A stretch of DNA of 23,975 nt from an uncultured Pseudomonadota bacterium (GCA_913020725.1 CAJWCD010000043.1:1-23975); one strand, 5' to 3'. Positions 9,527 to 17,738 are shown, counted from the stretch's first letter. Notes: a model not told the origin generated them from the letters alone. A program made the numbers and translations.

Positions 9527-10936
9527 TTGAACGAATACGACCAATACGACGCCACCGGACTTGCTGCACTCATCGCCACCGGGGGCCTTTCCGCATCCGA
9601 GGTCATCGAGATCGCGATTGCCCGGATTGAAGCGTTGAACCCTGCGCTGAATGCGGTGGTTGCCAACCTCTTTGATGAGGCACGGGTAGCCGTGCGCAAC
9701 GGGCTGCCCAACGGTCCTCTGCGTGGGGTGCCTTATCTGGTCAAAGATCTCAACACCTTGGTGGCGGGGGTTCCTGCCACCAGCGGTAGCCGCGCCTTCC
9801 AAAAGTTTGTTCCGAAAGATGACAGCACGTTAATTTCCCGATTGCGTGCTGCTGGCCTAGTCATCCTTGGAAAGACCAACACTCCTGAGTTTGGACTAAA
9901 CATCTGCACGGCGCCTCGCTTGTTCGGGCCGACGAGGAATCCGTTTGATCCGGAACGCAGTGCCGGGGGATCAAGTGGCGGTTCGGCCTGTGCCGTGGCG
10001 GCGTCAATGGTGCCTGCTGCTCATGCAACCGACAGTGGCGGTTCGATCCGGATTCCTGCGAGCAACTGTGGCCTGTTTGGTCTGAAACCCTCCCGCGCTC
10101 GCATCCCACTTGGCCATGAAAAGAGCGAGGGTTTGGCGGGACTCAGTGTTGCCCATGCGATCACTCACAGTGTGCGCGATTCCGCTGCGCTTTTGGATGC
10201 CACTGCGGGGCCGATGGTCGGTGATTTCTACAGCGCACCACCTGCCAGCCGTTCATTTTTGAGTGCACTTGAGGGGCCGCTACCGAAGTTTCGTGTGGCA
10301 CTTTGGACCTCCGGATATGCTGGTGAAAACATTGCTTCGGCTTGCCAAACTGCGGCTCGTGACGCAGCGCGTTTGTGTGAATCTCTGGGCTGTCGCGTCG
10401 AAGAAGCCCGCCCCTCCATTGACGGCCATGCGTTGCGAGAAGCCTTCGATGTGCTGTTCTGCGCCAACATTCACAATGTGGTGGAGCAGATCCGTTCTGC
10501 AAATCCGGAAGCCGACTTTGAGGAAATGTTTGAACCTGTCACTCTGGCATGCAGTCTGGCGGCTCAGCGGTTCCGTGCGGTGGATTATGTGAGGGGAATG
10601 GACTGCATCCAGCAGGCGGCCCGGACTTTGGGAGAATTTTTTGAAAACCACGATATCCTACTGACCCCAACCCTCGCCAATCCTCCGTTGCCTCTTGGCG
10701 TAATGAGTATGATGACAGACGATTGGGAGGCTTATCTCAATAAGATGCTGAATGAGATTCCTTTTACGCCGTTGTTCAATGCGACCGGTGCCCCGGCGGC
10801 TTCAGTTCCGCTGGGACGCTGTCCAGACGGACTTCCCATCGGAATCCAGATCGGTGCGGGATTTGGCGAAGAACGGTGCTTGCTCCGCCTTGCCAGAGCG
10901 TTAGAGGAAGCCGCTCCTTGGCACCAACGTTCCTGA
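9527..10936 (+). CDS. Amidase-signature family amidohydrolase
   Basis: GVPYLVKD (catalytic Lys), GKTNTPEFG, GGSSGGS, TDSGGSIRIPAS (Ser nucleophile); TTG start, exact start uncertain. Confidence 0.93.
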   Translation: MNEYDQYDATGLAALIATGGLSASEVIEIAIARIEALNPALNAVVANLFDEARVAVRNGLPNGPLRGVPYLVKDLNTLVAGVPATSGSRAFQKFVPKDDSTLISRLRAAGLVILGKTNTPEFGLNICTAPRLFGPTRNPFDPERSAGGSSGGSACAVAASMVPAAHATDSGGSIRIPASNCGLFGLKPSRARIPLGHEKSEGLAGLSVAHAITHSVRDSAALLDATAGPMVGDFYSAPPASRSFLSALEGPLPKFRVALWTSGYAGENIASACQTAARDAARLCESLGCRVEEARPSIDGHALREAFDVLFCANIHNVVEQIRSANPEADFEEMFEPVTLACSLAAQRFRAVDYVRGMDCIQQAARTLGEFFENHDILLTPTLANPPLPLGVMSMMTDDWEAYLNKMLNEIPFTPLFNATGAPAASVPLGRCPDGLPIGIQIGAGFGEERCLLRLARALEEAAPWHQRS

Positions 10937-10953
10937 AGGTTTGACCAAAACTC

Positions 10954-11868
10954 ATGAAGCCGTACCGTGTAGCCCTGTTTGATGCCTTTTCCGAGGAACT
11001 GTTTGGTGGCAGTGTCGCGGGGATAATCCGTGACGCCCAAGACCTCCCGGATGAGCTAATGCAGCAAATCGCAAAGGAGATTGGGGCACCCGCCACCTGT
11101 TTTATCGTTGGAGTCGATGACTGTGGTGTGGAGGTCCGGTTCTTTTCTACCGTCAAAGAATACCCCATGTGCGGGCATGGTACGGTGGCGTTGATGACAT
11201 GGCTGGCAGGCGACGGCGTGTTCACGGTTGATCCAGGCGAGAAGCGTGTTGTGGAATTGCGCACACCCAGCCACACCACCAACGTTGCATTGCAGCAACG
11301 TCCGGATGGTCGTCTGGAAGTCATGCTCACCCTGTCCGGGGTGGCTTTTGAATCCCGCTCGGTCAGTGAGTCGGACCTCATTCCTCTGTTTGGAACTGCA
11401 ATCGCAGGCGCAGTTGGTTCGTTGCCCAGCGAATTGGCGGTTGCCGAGTTCTCTCACTTGGTGGTTCCGGTTGATTCCCTTGAGACAATGCGTCACCTTT
11501 CCCCGGATTATGGAAAGATCGAATCGTTGTGCCAGACGGTCAACGCGGACACGTTGGCCTTGTTCACCCTTGAAACCGAACGTCCTGAGAGTACGATCCA
11601 CTGCCGGGAATTTTGTCCTCTGGTCGGTACACCCGAAGCTCCAGCGTCCGGAACCACCAATCGTGCCCTCGCTTGCTACCTGCTGAGGCATGGACTGCTC
11701 GACTCCGAATCCAGCGACTGCGATACCATCATCAGCGAACAGGGGTATGAGATGAACCGTCCAAGTCAGATTCGTACTGAACTGACCATGTGCGATGGAG
11801 AACTGACACAAATCAAGGTCGGTGGGGTTGCGACCAAGACCATTGAGGGGGTGTTTTATGTTTCGTGA
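10954..11868 (+). CDS. PhzF/DapF-fold isomerase with non-canonical active site
   Basis: DAF....FGG, MQQIAKE, VRFF....EYPMCGHGT, HCREFCP..G.PEAPASGT, EQGYEMNRPS, VGG. Confidence 0.88.
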   Translation: MKPYRVALFDAFSEELFGGSVAGIIRDAQDLPDELMQQIAKEIGAPATCFIVGVDDCGVEVRFFSTVKEYPMCGHGTVALMTWLAGDGVFTVDPGEKRVVELRTPSHTTNVALQQRPDGRLEVMLTLSGVAFESRSVSESDLIPLFGTAIAGAVGSLPSELAVAEFSHLVVPVDSLETMRHLSPDYGKIESLCQTVNADTLALFTLETERPESTIHCREFCPLVGTPEAPASGTTNRALACYLLRHGLLDSESSDCDTIISEQGYEMNRPSQIRTELTMCDGELTQIKVGGVATKTIEGVFYVS

Positions 11869-11924
11869 GGAGTGACTGAATTCTTCACGGCTTGTCCGCT
11901 TGCGCAGAGGCTTGTGCCTTTTCA

Positions 11925-12081
11925 AGCTCTGTTCGGGCCACTCCAAGGCAAGATGCTGGTCCGGATCGTAAGTGGTTTCGTCTGCAAAACATTCGTAGCC
12001 TGCGGGCAAGTGTGTCGGGTAAATCGGTGGGCTGGCGAGCATCGTCATTTTTGAATTTGAGTTTGTTACCGGGTGTGGCAT
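11925..12081 (-). pseudogene. Truncated 5' remnant of a paralog of the adjacent Fe(II)/2OG oxygenase-like gene
   Basis: PIYPTHLPAGYECFADETTYDPDQHLALEWP aligns without gaps to VPFPEELPAGYEWLPNEIRFDPNKHLALEPP of the 12153 gene; similarity stops near 11925 and the frame then runs antisense through the PhzF-like gene. Confidence 0.75.
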
Positions 12082-12152
12082 CGTCAATCCCTGTAGCTGA
12101 ACTCGATACCCATTTCCTTACAAGACGACAACATATAAGCAACAGAGGTCAA

Positions 12153-13172
12153 ATGCCAGTAGCCCACTATGATGCACCATCCATGAACATCGCGGTTCCC
12201 TTTCCAGAAGAGCTTCCGGCGGGTTACGAATGGCTACCGAACGAGATACGGTTCGATCCTAACAAACACTTGGCGTTGGAGCCTCCCACCTGCGTGATCA
12301 CGTTGGCCGAACTGGGCTATTCAGAATCCGAGATTGAGTCGACCGCCACCCCGTTTGCGGCATCGGAACCTTTCCGGGTGCTGTCCGACGAGGGTGCCAA
12401 GATCATGCTCCAGACCGCCGGAACCCTGCGGGCCTACACGAAACGCGGGGGCAACCGCATTGAGAACATTGTCCGAGGAGGTTGTTACCGCTCCCGCTGG
12501 CTACGGGATTTGTGCATCAGCCCAGAGGTCACGGAAGTGATGGCCAACATCTATGGCACGAGGATCGCGCCGCACACCATGCCTGTGCATCTTGGTCACA
12601 TGAACTTCGAGCCCAGCAACGTGAACGAGGCGGTGGACAAGTGGCATCACGACACCATCCCTCTTGATTATGTGATGATGGTGACGGACCCGAAAAAACT
12701 TCCGGGAGGGCGGTTCGAGTATTTTCTGGGCACGAAGGAGGAGGCTGCTGCTCTTGGGGCCGCAGGCAAGACACCGCCTCCGGATCGCATCGTGGCTCCA
12801 GACTTTCCCGGACCCGGTTACGTCATCGCCCTGCACGGCAACATGGTGGTGCATCGCGGCGCGCCCCTCACGGCTCAGGCCGAACGCATCACAATGGTCA
12901 ATGCCTATGTGGCTCTAGATCGCACCGGCGACGACCAAAGCCGCTCCCGCGACCTCATCGGCATTGACGACGATGCGGCGCTCTACACCGAATGGGCCAA
13001 GCACGCGGCGTGGCGGGCGCAAGGACGACTTGGTGATTTGATCGAAACCCTGCCGTTCAATCAGGAGCCGGAAGCTGTCATTTCGCGTCTGGAGTCTGCG
13101 GTTGCCGATGTGCAGCAGGCGATTGCTGACATGAAGGCCGGACCACGGGAGGCCGAACACTACGAGCGTTGA
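12153..13172 (+). CDS. Uncharacterised Fe(II)/2-oxoglutarate-dependent oxygenase superfamily protein
   Basis: Start revised to ATG 12153 (SD AGAGGT at 12144-12149); facial triad pattern WHHD...GGRFE...VVHRG and distal 2OG-binding Arg in ERITMVN. Confidence 0.75.
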   Translation: MPVAHYDAPSMNIAVPFPEELPAGYEWLPNEIRFDPNKHLALEPPTCVITLAELGYSESEIESTATPFAASEPFRVLSDEGAKIMLQTAGTLRAYTKRGGNRIENIVRGGCYRSRWLRDLCISPEVTEVMANIYGTRIAPHTMPVHLGHMNFEPSNVNEAVDKWHHDTIPLDYVMMVTDPKKLPGGRFEYFLGTKEEAAALGAAGKTPPPDRIVAPDFPGPGYVIALHGNMVVHRGAPLTAQAERITMVNAYVALDRTGDDQSRSRDLIGIDDDAALYTEWAKHAAWRAQGRLGDLIETLPFNQEPEAVISRLESAVADVQQAIADMKAGPREAEHYER

Positions 13173-13177
13173 ACTGA

Positions 13178-14152
13178 TCAAGTCGAAACCACGCTGGAAT
13201 CGGCCTCTCCTGCCTCAGTGGTGCTGGACGACACCCGCTTGCGCCCACGCGGGTGAAGGCGGTGGTAAACCTCGTGGTAGTCGGGGCGGTTGATGTGCGC
13301 GTACTGGAGGGTGGCGTCGAGGCTGACGTAGCCAAAAAGGTCACGAAGGTCGTTGAGGTCCATGCCGTTCTGGAGCAGATGCGCTGCAAAGGAATGCCGG
13401 AGGATGCGCGGATTGAGCGGACTCGTGATGCCCGCACGCTGGGCGTATTTGCGCACCAGCGCCCAGAAGCCAACGCGCCCCATGCGCGTCCCGTTGCGTC
13501 CGGGGAAGAGGCACGGGTCCTGTGGATTAGTGAGCCGTTGCGCCCTGCCGTTTTCGAGGTAGCCACGGAGGGCGGCCACCGCGACAGGCGTCACGGGCAC
13601 CATGCGCTCCCGCCGCGCTCGGACCTTCAGGAAGGAGAGGTCGAGAAAGAGATCCTCCACATCCAAGCCGAGCAACTCGTTGACCTTGAGTCCGCTGGAG
13701 TAGAGCAGTTCGAGCATCGCCTGGTCACGGAGTCCAAGGTAGTGCTCCGGAGAGGGTGCATTGAGGAAAGCGACCACCTCTTCCGGAGTGAGCAGTTGTG
13801 GGGGTTCCGGTAGAATCTCCGGGAAACGCATGCGGTGGACGGGATTGGACAGGATCAACCCCTGCTGATCAACGTAATCCAGAAACAGCTTGAGTGAGGA
13901 CAAGTGTCGAGCCACCGTCCGGGGCTTGTGCGAGGTTTGCAGGTGGGCGACGTAATCGTTGAGGTCATCAAAGCCCAACGCCCGGAGCCGCACCACCACA
14001 TCTCCGTCCCACACTCCCAGCCACGTCAGGAATTTTTTGAGGTCAAGCCGATGGCAATGGAGGCTGTTTTCGGAGTAGCGGTTGGACTGGAGGTGCTGGA
14101 GAAACTCGGCGACGAGCACCGGAGGAAAGGAGGAGGGAGAAGCGCTGGACAT
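13178..14152 (-). CDS. XerD/XerC-like tyrosine recombinase homologue with degenerate catalytic site
   Basis: N-terminal SAM-like domain (YSENSL..HRLDLKKF, RTVARHLSSLKLF), LRDQAMLELLYSSGL, ERMVP, LRHSFAAHLLQNG.DL, C-terminal QYAH..YHRLHPR. Confidence 0.9.
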   Translation of the reverse strand: MSSASPSSFPPVLVAEFLQHLQSNRYSENSLHCHRLDLKKFLTWLGVWDGDVVVRLRALGFDDLNDYVAHLQTSHKPRTVARHLSSLKLFLDYVDQQGLILSNPVHRMRFPEILPEPPQLLTPEEVVAFLNAPSPEHYLGLRDQAMLELLYSSGLKVNELLGLDVEDLFLDLSFLKVRARRERMVPVTPVAVAALRGYLENGRAQRLTNPQDPCLFPGRNGTRMGRVGFWALVRKYAQRAGITSPLNPRILRHSFAAHLLQNGMDLNDLRDLFGYVSLDATLQYAHINRPDYHEVYHRLHPRGRKRVSSSTTEAGEADSSVVST

Positions 14153-14166
14153 GAAAAATGCAAAAA

Positions 14167-14343
14167 GGTCCGCGGTGCCGTGTCAAATAGGGCTTTTGTA
14201 CCTGGCCCTCAACAAATAGGGTGCGGTGTGAAGGGATTAGGCGTCCTTCCTAAAGGATGGAAGGCTGGCACACCCCCTTCAGGGACTGACCCCTCACTGA
14301 CACGTTAGGTAGCAAAAGTTTTGATTCACGCACACCGCAGGCC
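14167..14343 (-). ncRNA. ssrS: 6S RNA
   Basis: About 177 nt directly downstream of zapA (conserved synteny). Minus-strand 5' GGCCTGCGGTGTGCGTG pairs with 3' CACGGCACCGCGGACC, CTTTTGCTACCT pairs with AGGTACAAAAG, a central bubble follows, and an apical stem GAAGGG..CCTTCC..GGAAGG..CCCTTC completes a rod-shaped fold. Confidence 0.85.
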
Positions 14344-14369
14344 ATTCGCGATTCTGGTCTCCACGCACA

Positions 14370-14687
14370 TCACACGCCTGTCCCCGCATTGGATCGAGAT
14401 TGCAAGGCCGACTCCAGCCGCTGAGTCATGGACGAAAGGTCGCGCTCCAACTCATCCAAGTCTACTTGACGCTTCTGGAGAGTCAAGATTTCATCGGCGA
14501 AGTTCAGGGCCAGCAGCAACGCAAGTTGCGAAGGGCTGGTGAGGTCGGACTGCTCCCGAACCTCATTCATCTGTTCTTCCAGATACCGTTCCACCTCGCG
14601 GATGTGCTCCTCCCCGTAAGGGCTGGCGACAGCGAATTCGTTGCCGTTGATGTTGATTTGGTACTGCTTCAAGTCGTGTTCGTCCAC
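14370..14687 (-). CDS. zapA: Cell division protein ZapA
   Basis: YQININGNEFAV..GEEHIREVERYLEEQM..LALLLALNFADE plus C-terminal coiled coil; GTG at 14687 has SD GAGGAG 6 nt upstream (alternative ATG at 14720). Confidence 0.88.
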   Translation of the reverse strand: MDEHDLKQYQININGNEFAVASPYGEEHIREVERYLEEQMNEVREQSDLTSPSQLALLLALNFADEILTLQKRQVDLDELERDLSSMTQRLESALQSRSNAGTGV

Positions 14688-14882
14688 GAAATACTCCTCA
14701 TCGCTCCATGATGCTGGCATGACCTCCGTCTGGAGGCCGCTGGCCTCTCCTTGCTCCCCACGAGCTTGCCGGTTGAAGTGGCACTCAAGAGATGTTAAGC
14801 TTTATCAGTTTTTTCCAGTAGAGGCAAAGACTTTTTGTAAGTCCGTGTCTCTCCATCCACTTCCAAACCGACGATTCCCTTG

Positions 14883-15767
14883 ATGAGCAACACCACCCGT
14901 CTCCCCTTTTCTGATGACGACAAGCAGGAGTTTGGACAATTGCTGCTGCTAGATCGGCTGATGCAGTACGAAAACGCGCTGGCGGATGACCGTGAGGTTG
15001 CCGACACTTGCGACGAGCTTGAAGAGCAAGAGAAAGTGCTGAAGGGGAAGTTCTTCCGCTCGGACGAAGAGGACTTTGAACTGGAGCAGGTTCAGCAGGA
15101 TCTCGTCGCAGCCCGGCAGGCTCGTGAGGAAACGGCGCAGGCCCTCAAAGACGCCATGCCAAACCATCTGAGCATTGCCCTGATCGAGCAAGATGAATCT
15201 GAACTGGAACCCTTCCTTAAGCACATGGAACAGCGGGGCGTGATCTGTGTGGACGAGCAGAACTGCTTTGCCCCCACCGAGCAGGGGCACAAGGTCTACG
15301 AACAGTTGGTCGAGCAATTGGATTCGTATGTCACCCACTTTGATGTGTACACCTATGTCGATTTGGAGGAGGGTGGATTTGCTGATCCGGAAACCGACTT
15401 GCTGGAGGACAACCGCTGGTCGGACCTACGGGTGGCGGTCGCGGAACACAAGGGCGTGGACCCCTATCGTGTGGTTTTTCTGGCGATGCTGAGTGCCGAG
15501 GCGTTTTTCGAGAATCCGGAATGGCGCTTCGATTTGGCGGTCGGCAGCTTGTTTGATGAACTGGACGCGACCGTGCAGGACCAGATTACGGTCGCGGAAT
15601 TGGGGTATGAGGATGACGAGGGCGAGGTTTCTGGAGAGGACGTGATCGCGGACATCATCGAACAGGGCAGCGCGTTGGCAAAGGAACGCTTCCGGGCACG
15701 TCAGGACGGAGAGGAGCAAGCCACCCTGCCGGACGAGCAGGTGCTCACCACCACCTACTACTGGTAA
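14883..15767 (+). CDS. Highly acidic hypothetical protein with coiled-coil segment and possible winged-helix element
   Basis: Long ORF with host-like codon use, about one quarter Asp/Glu by hand count; LEPFLKHMEQRGVI..FAPTEQG resembles a winged-helix wing; 5-nt gap to rbgA. Confidence 0.8.
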   Translation: MSNTTRLPFSDDDKQEFGQLLLLDRLMQYENALADDREVADTCDELEEQEKVLKGKFFRSDEEDFELEQVQQDLVAARQAREETAQALKDAMPNHLSIALIEQDESELEPFLKHMEQRGVICVDEQNCFAPTEQGHKVYEQLVEQLDSYVTHFDVYTYVDLEEGGFADPETDLLEDNRWSDLRVAVAEHKGVDPYRVVFLAMLSAEAFFENPEWRFDLAVGSLFDELDATVQDQITVAELGYEDDEGEVSGEDVIADIIEQGSALAKERFRARQDGEEQATLPDEQVLTTTYYW

Positions 15768-15772
15768 ACCAG

Positions 15773-16672
15773 ATGCCCCGCGAATCGCGTCCCCAGCAAA
15801 AATCAGGAGTGCAGACGCCGAGGATCAACTGGTATCCCGGCCACATGCTCAAGGCGAAGAAGGAGTTCGCTGCGCAACTCAAGCGGGTGGATGTGGTGCT
15901 CGAATTGCGGGATGCCCGGATTCCGGAAACTTCCGTCAACCACGACTTTGAGCAGTTGTTGGGACAAAAGCGTCGGCTTGTGCTTTTCAACAAAACCGGA
16001 CTCGCCGATCCGGATGCGACCAAGGCGTGGGAGGCGCGTTTGCGGAACGAAGAGCATCCCCACCTCTTCATTGACGTCCTCACCAGCCGCAACCTCAAGC
16101 GTATCCTGCCACTGGCTCAACAACTCATGGCAGAACGCTGGGGCAACCTCCACAAGCGCGGGATCAATCCTCCTGTCCTCAAACTGCTCATCGCGGGCAT
16201 TCCGAACGTGGGCAAGTCCACCCTCATCAATCGGCTGGTGCATCGCAAAGCTGCGGAAACCGGGCCACGTCCGGGAGTCACGAAGCGGCAGGAGTGGGTG
16301 CGGCTGGCGCGGGATGCACGGCTGCTGGACACTCCGGGCATCCTCTGGCCGAAGATCGAGACGATGGAGGCAGGGTTCCGATTGGCGGTCACGGGCGCGA
16401 TCAAGGACGAAGTGGTGGGCATCGACCGCGTCTGCGATTTCCTGCTTCGCACCCTACAGACGCAAAACCCGGAGGTGCTGTCGAAGTGCTATCAGCTCGA
16501 CACCCTTCAGGTGGAATCGGACCCGCAGGAATTGCTGGCACAGATTGCCCAGCGACGTGGCTGCCTCAAACCCGGCGGGGTGGTGGACGAGGTTCGTGCC
16601 GCAACGGTGGTGCTCCGTGATTTCCGAGAAGGACGTTTGGGGCAGCTCACCTTCGATGATCCCAACGGTTAA
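15773..16672 (+). CDS. rbgA: Ribosome biogenesis GTPase RbgA/YlqF (circularly permuted)
   Basis: INWYPGHM N-terminal motif, ELRDARIP, G1 GIPNVGKSTLIN, G2 PGVTK, G3 DTPGILWPK, C-terminal DFREGRLG. Confidence 0.95.
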   Translation: MPRESRPQQKSGVQTPRINWYPGHMLKAKKEFAAQLKRVDVVLELRDARIPETSVNHDFEQLLGQKRRLVLFNKTGLADPDATKAWEARLRNEEHPHLFIDVLTSRNLKRILPLAQQLMAERWGNLHKRGINPPVLKLLIAGIPNVGKSTLINRLVHRKAAETGPRPGVTKRQEWVRLARDARLLDTPGILWPKIETMEAGFRLAVTGAIKDEVVGIDRVCDFLLRTLQTQNPEVLSKCYQLDTLQVESDPQELLAQIAQRRGCLKPGGVVDEVRAATVVLRDFREGRLGQLTFDDPNG

Positions 16673-17706
16673 TCCTCAACGATCCGAATGCCATCCGGCT
16701 GCAGTACCTTCTGCAGGAACGGTTCCGGGAGCGGACTTGGAGCCGTAGCGGCGGAGCGCAAGCGGATTTGCCCTGCACTCTCCTGATACGTCTCACACGC
16801 CAAGCTGCCCGTCCAGTACACGGTGAGTCCGGAACTCAGTTCCACACAAGCACTCCCCGAGACCCGGAAGAAGCCCCCAAGCTGTCCTGCACCGAAACCT
16901 CCGGACTGCCGCTGGAGTTTCAAATCACCTCCTACGCTGGCGAAGACCACCGGGGCAGCACTCAGGTGTTGCGGGGCACTGCTGGGCAGACGCAAGCTCA
17001 AGTCTCCCGCCACGTCCAGCCAGAGCCACGGCACCCCGACTTGTTGAAAATCCAGCTCCCATCTCAAATCCCCTGCTGACCGAATCGTCAGTGCCTGTCC
17101 GGACAGCGCGTGAGTTTGTGAAGTTCCGTCCGCAAAAGTCACAGAAAACTGCGAAGCCTGCCAAGTGATTCGACTGCCGTCGGGGAAGGTGTAATCCGGA
17201 GCAATCCCGGAGGAAGCGGCTTGCAACCAGCGCTGGCTGCGGTTGACCGCCACGCTGGCAAGGTCGGTGGCATCCAGTTCCAGCCAAGCCGGAACGTGGG
17301 ACTCGGCGGGTTGAAACAGCACCCACGAAATCGCAGAGAGTTCCAGCAACTTGATCCGGAGCAGTCCCTCAACCGCAAAGGCTCCGGTTTCCGGAGGGGG
17401 CCGTAGCGTCAGCAGCAGGTCGCTCCCGTCCAGCCCGGTCGTGCCTGTCCAGCCCGGCAGCACTGGAGTGAGGACCTCCGTGACGGTTTGCTCCGCCTGC
17501 AATGCTGCCGCAGTCCGGGTTTGCAAAGCGGTCGCCGAGACTTGCACGGCCACTTGCACGTCGTGAAAAAGCTGCTGATTTTCGAGGAAGGCTTGGGACT
17601 GAAACCGCGAACGGAGCGACTGCTGGAACCAAAGCAGAACTCCGGTGCTGACAACCAGCACCAGCACCACACTGAGAATGAGGGCGAATCCGGGCTTGGG
17701 CTTCAG
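16669..17706 (-). CDS. Hypothetical PilX/GspK-like exported protein (prepilin-like N-terminus)
   Basis: The ORF track starts at GTG 17670 inside the hydrophobic helix; extending 12 codons gives LKPKPG-FALILSVVLVLVVSTGVLLW; beta-rich C-terminus. Start codon uncertain (CTG 17706 proposed). Confidence 0.55.
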   Translation of the reverse strand: MKPKPGFALILSVVLVLVVSTGVLLWFQQSLRSRFQSQAFLENQQLFHDVQVAVQVSATALQTRTAAALQAEQTVTEVLTPVLPGWTGTTGLDGSDLLLTLRPPPETGAFAVEGLLRIKLLELSAISWVLFQPAESHVPAWLELDATDLASVAVNRSQRWLQAASSGIAPDYTFPDGSRITWQASQFSVTFADGTSQTHALSGQALTIRSAGDLRWELDFQQVGVPWLWLDVAGDLSLRLPSSAPQHLSAAPVVFASVGGDLKLQRQSGGFGAGQLGGFFRVSGSACVELSSGLTVYWTGSLACETYQESAGQIRLRSAATAPSPLPEPFLQKVLQPDGIRIVED

Positions 17707-17738
17707 TGCTAAAACCCGAAGAAAGGTTGGGAGAGCAG

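Noticed and set aside
9514..9530. Possible frameshift at the amidase start (out-of-frame GTG upstream of TTG)
   Set aside because: The TTG start already gives a complete amidase N-terminus, and nothing else supports a frameshift.
11056..11920. Remainder of the 343-aa minus-strand ORF as a full oxygenase paralog
   Set aside because: After about 50 codons there is no similarity to the paralog and it overlaps the PhzF-like gene on the opposite strand; the similar length looks coincidental.
11892..12152. 87-aa N-terminal extension of the oxygenase given by the ORF track
   Set aside because: Overlaps the opposite-strand remnant and the AT-rich intergenic region; an SD supports ATG 12153.
13178..14152. 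Tyrosine recombinase as a prophage or island integrase
   Set aside because: XerD-like size and motifs, housekeeping context, and no att repeats, tRNA or phage genes seen.
14780..14815. Possible dif site (ATGTTAAG)
   Set aside because: Only a partial match to the XerD arm, with no XerC arm or correct spacing.
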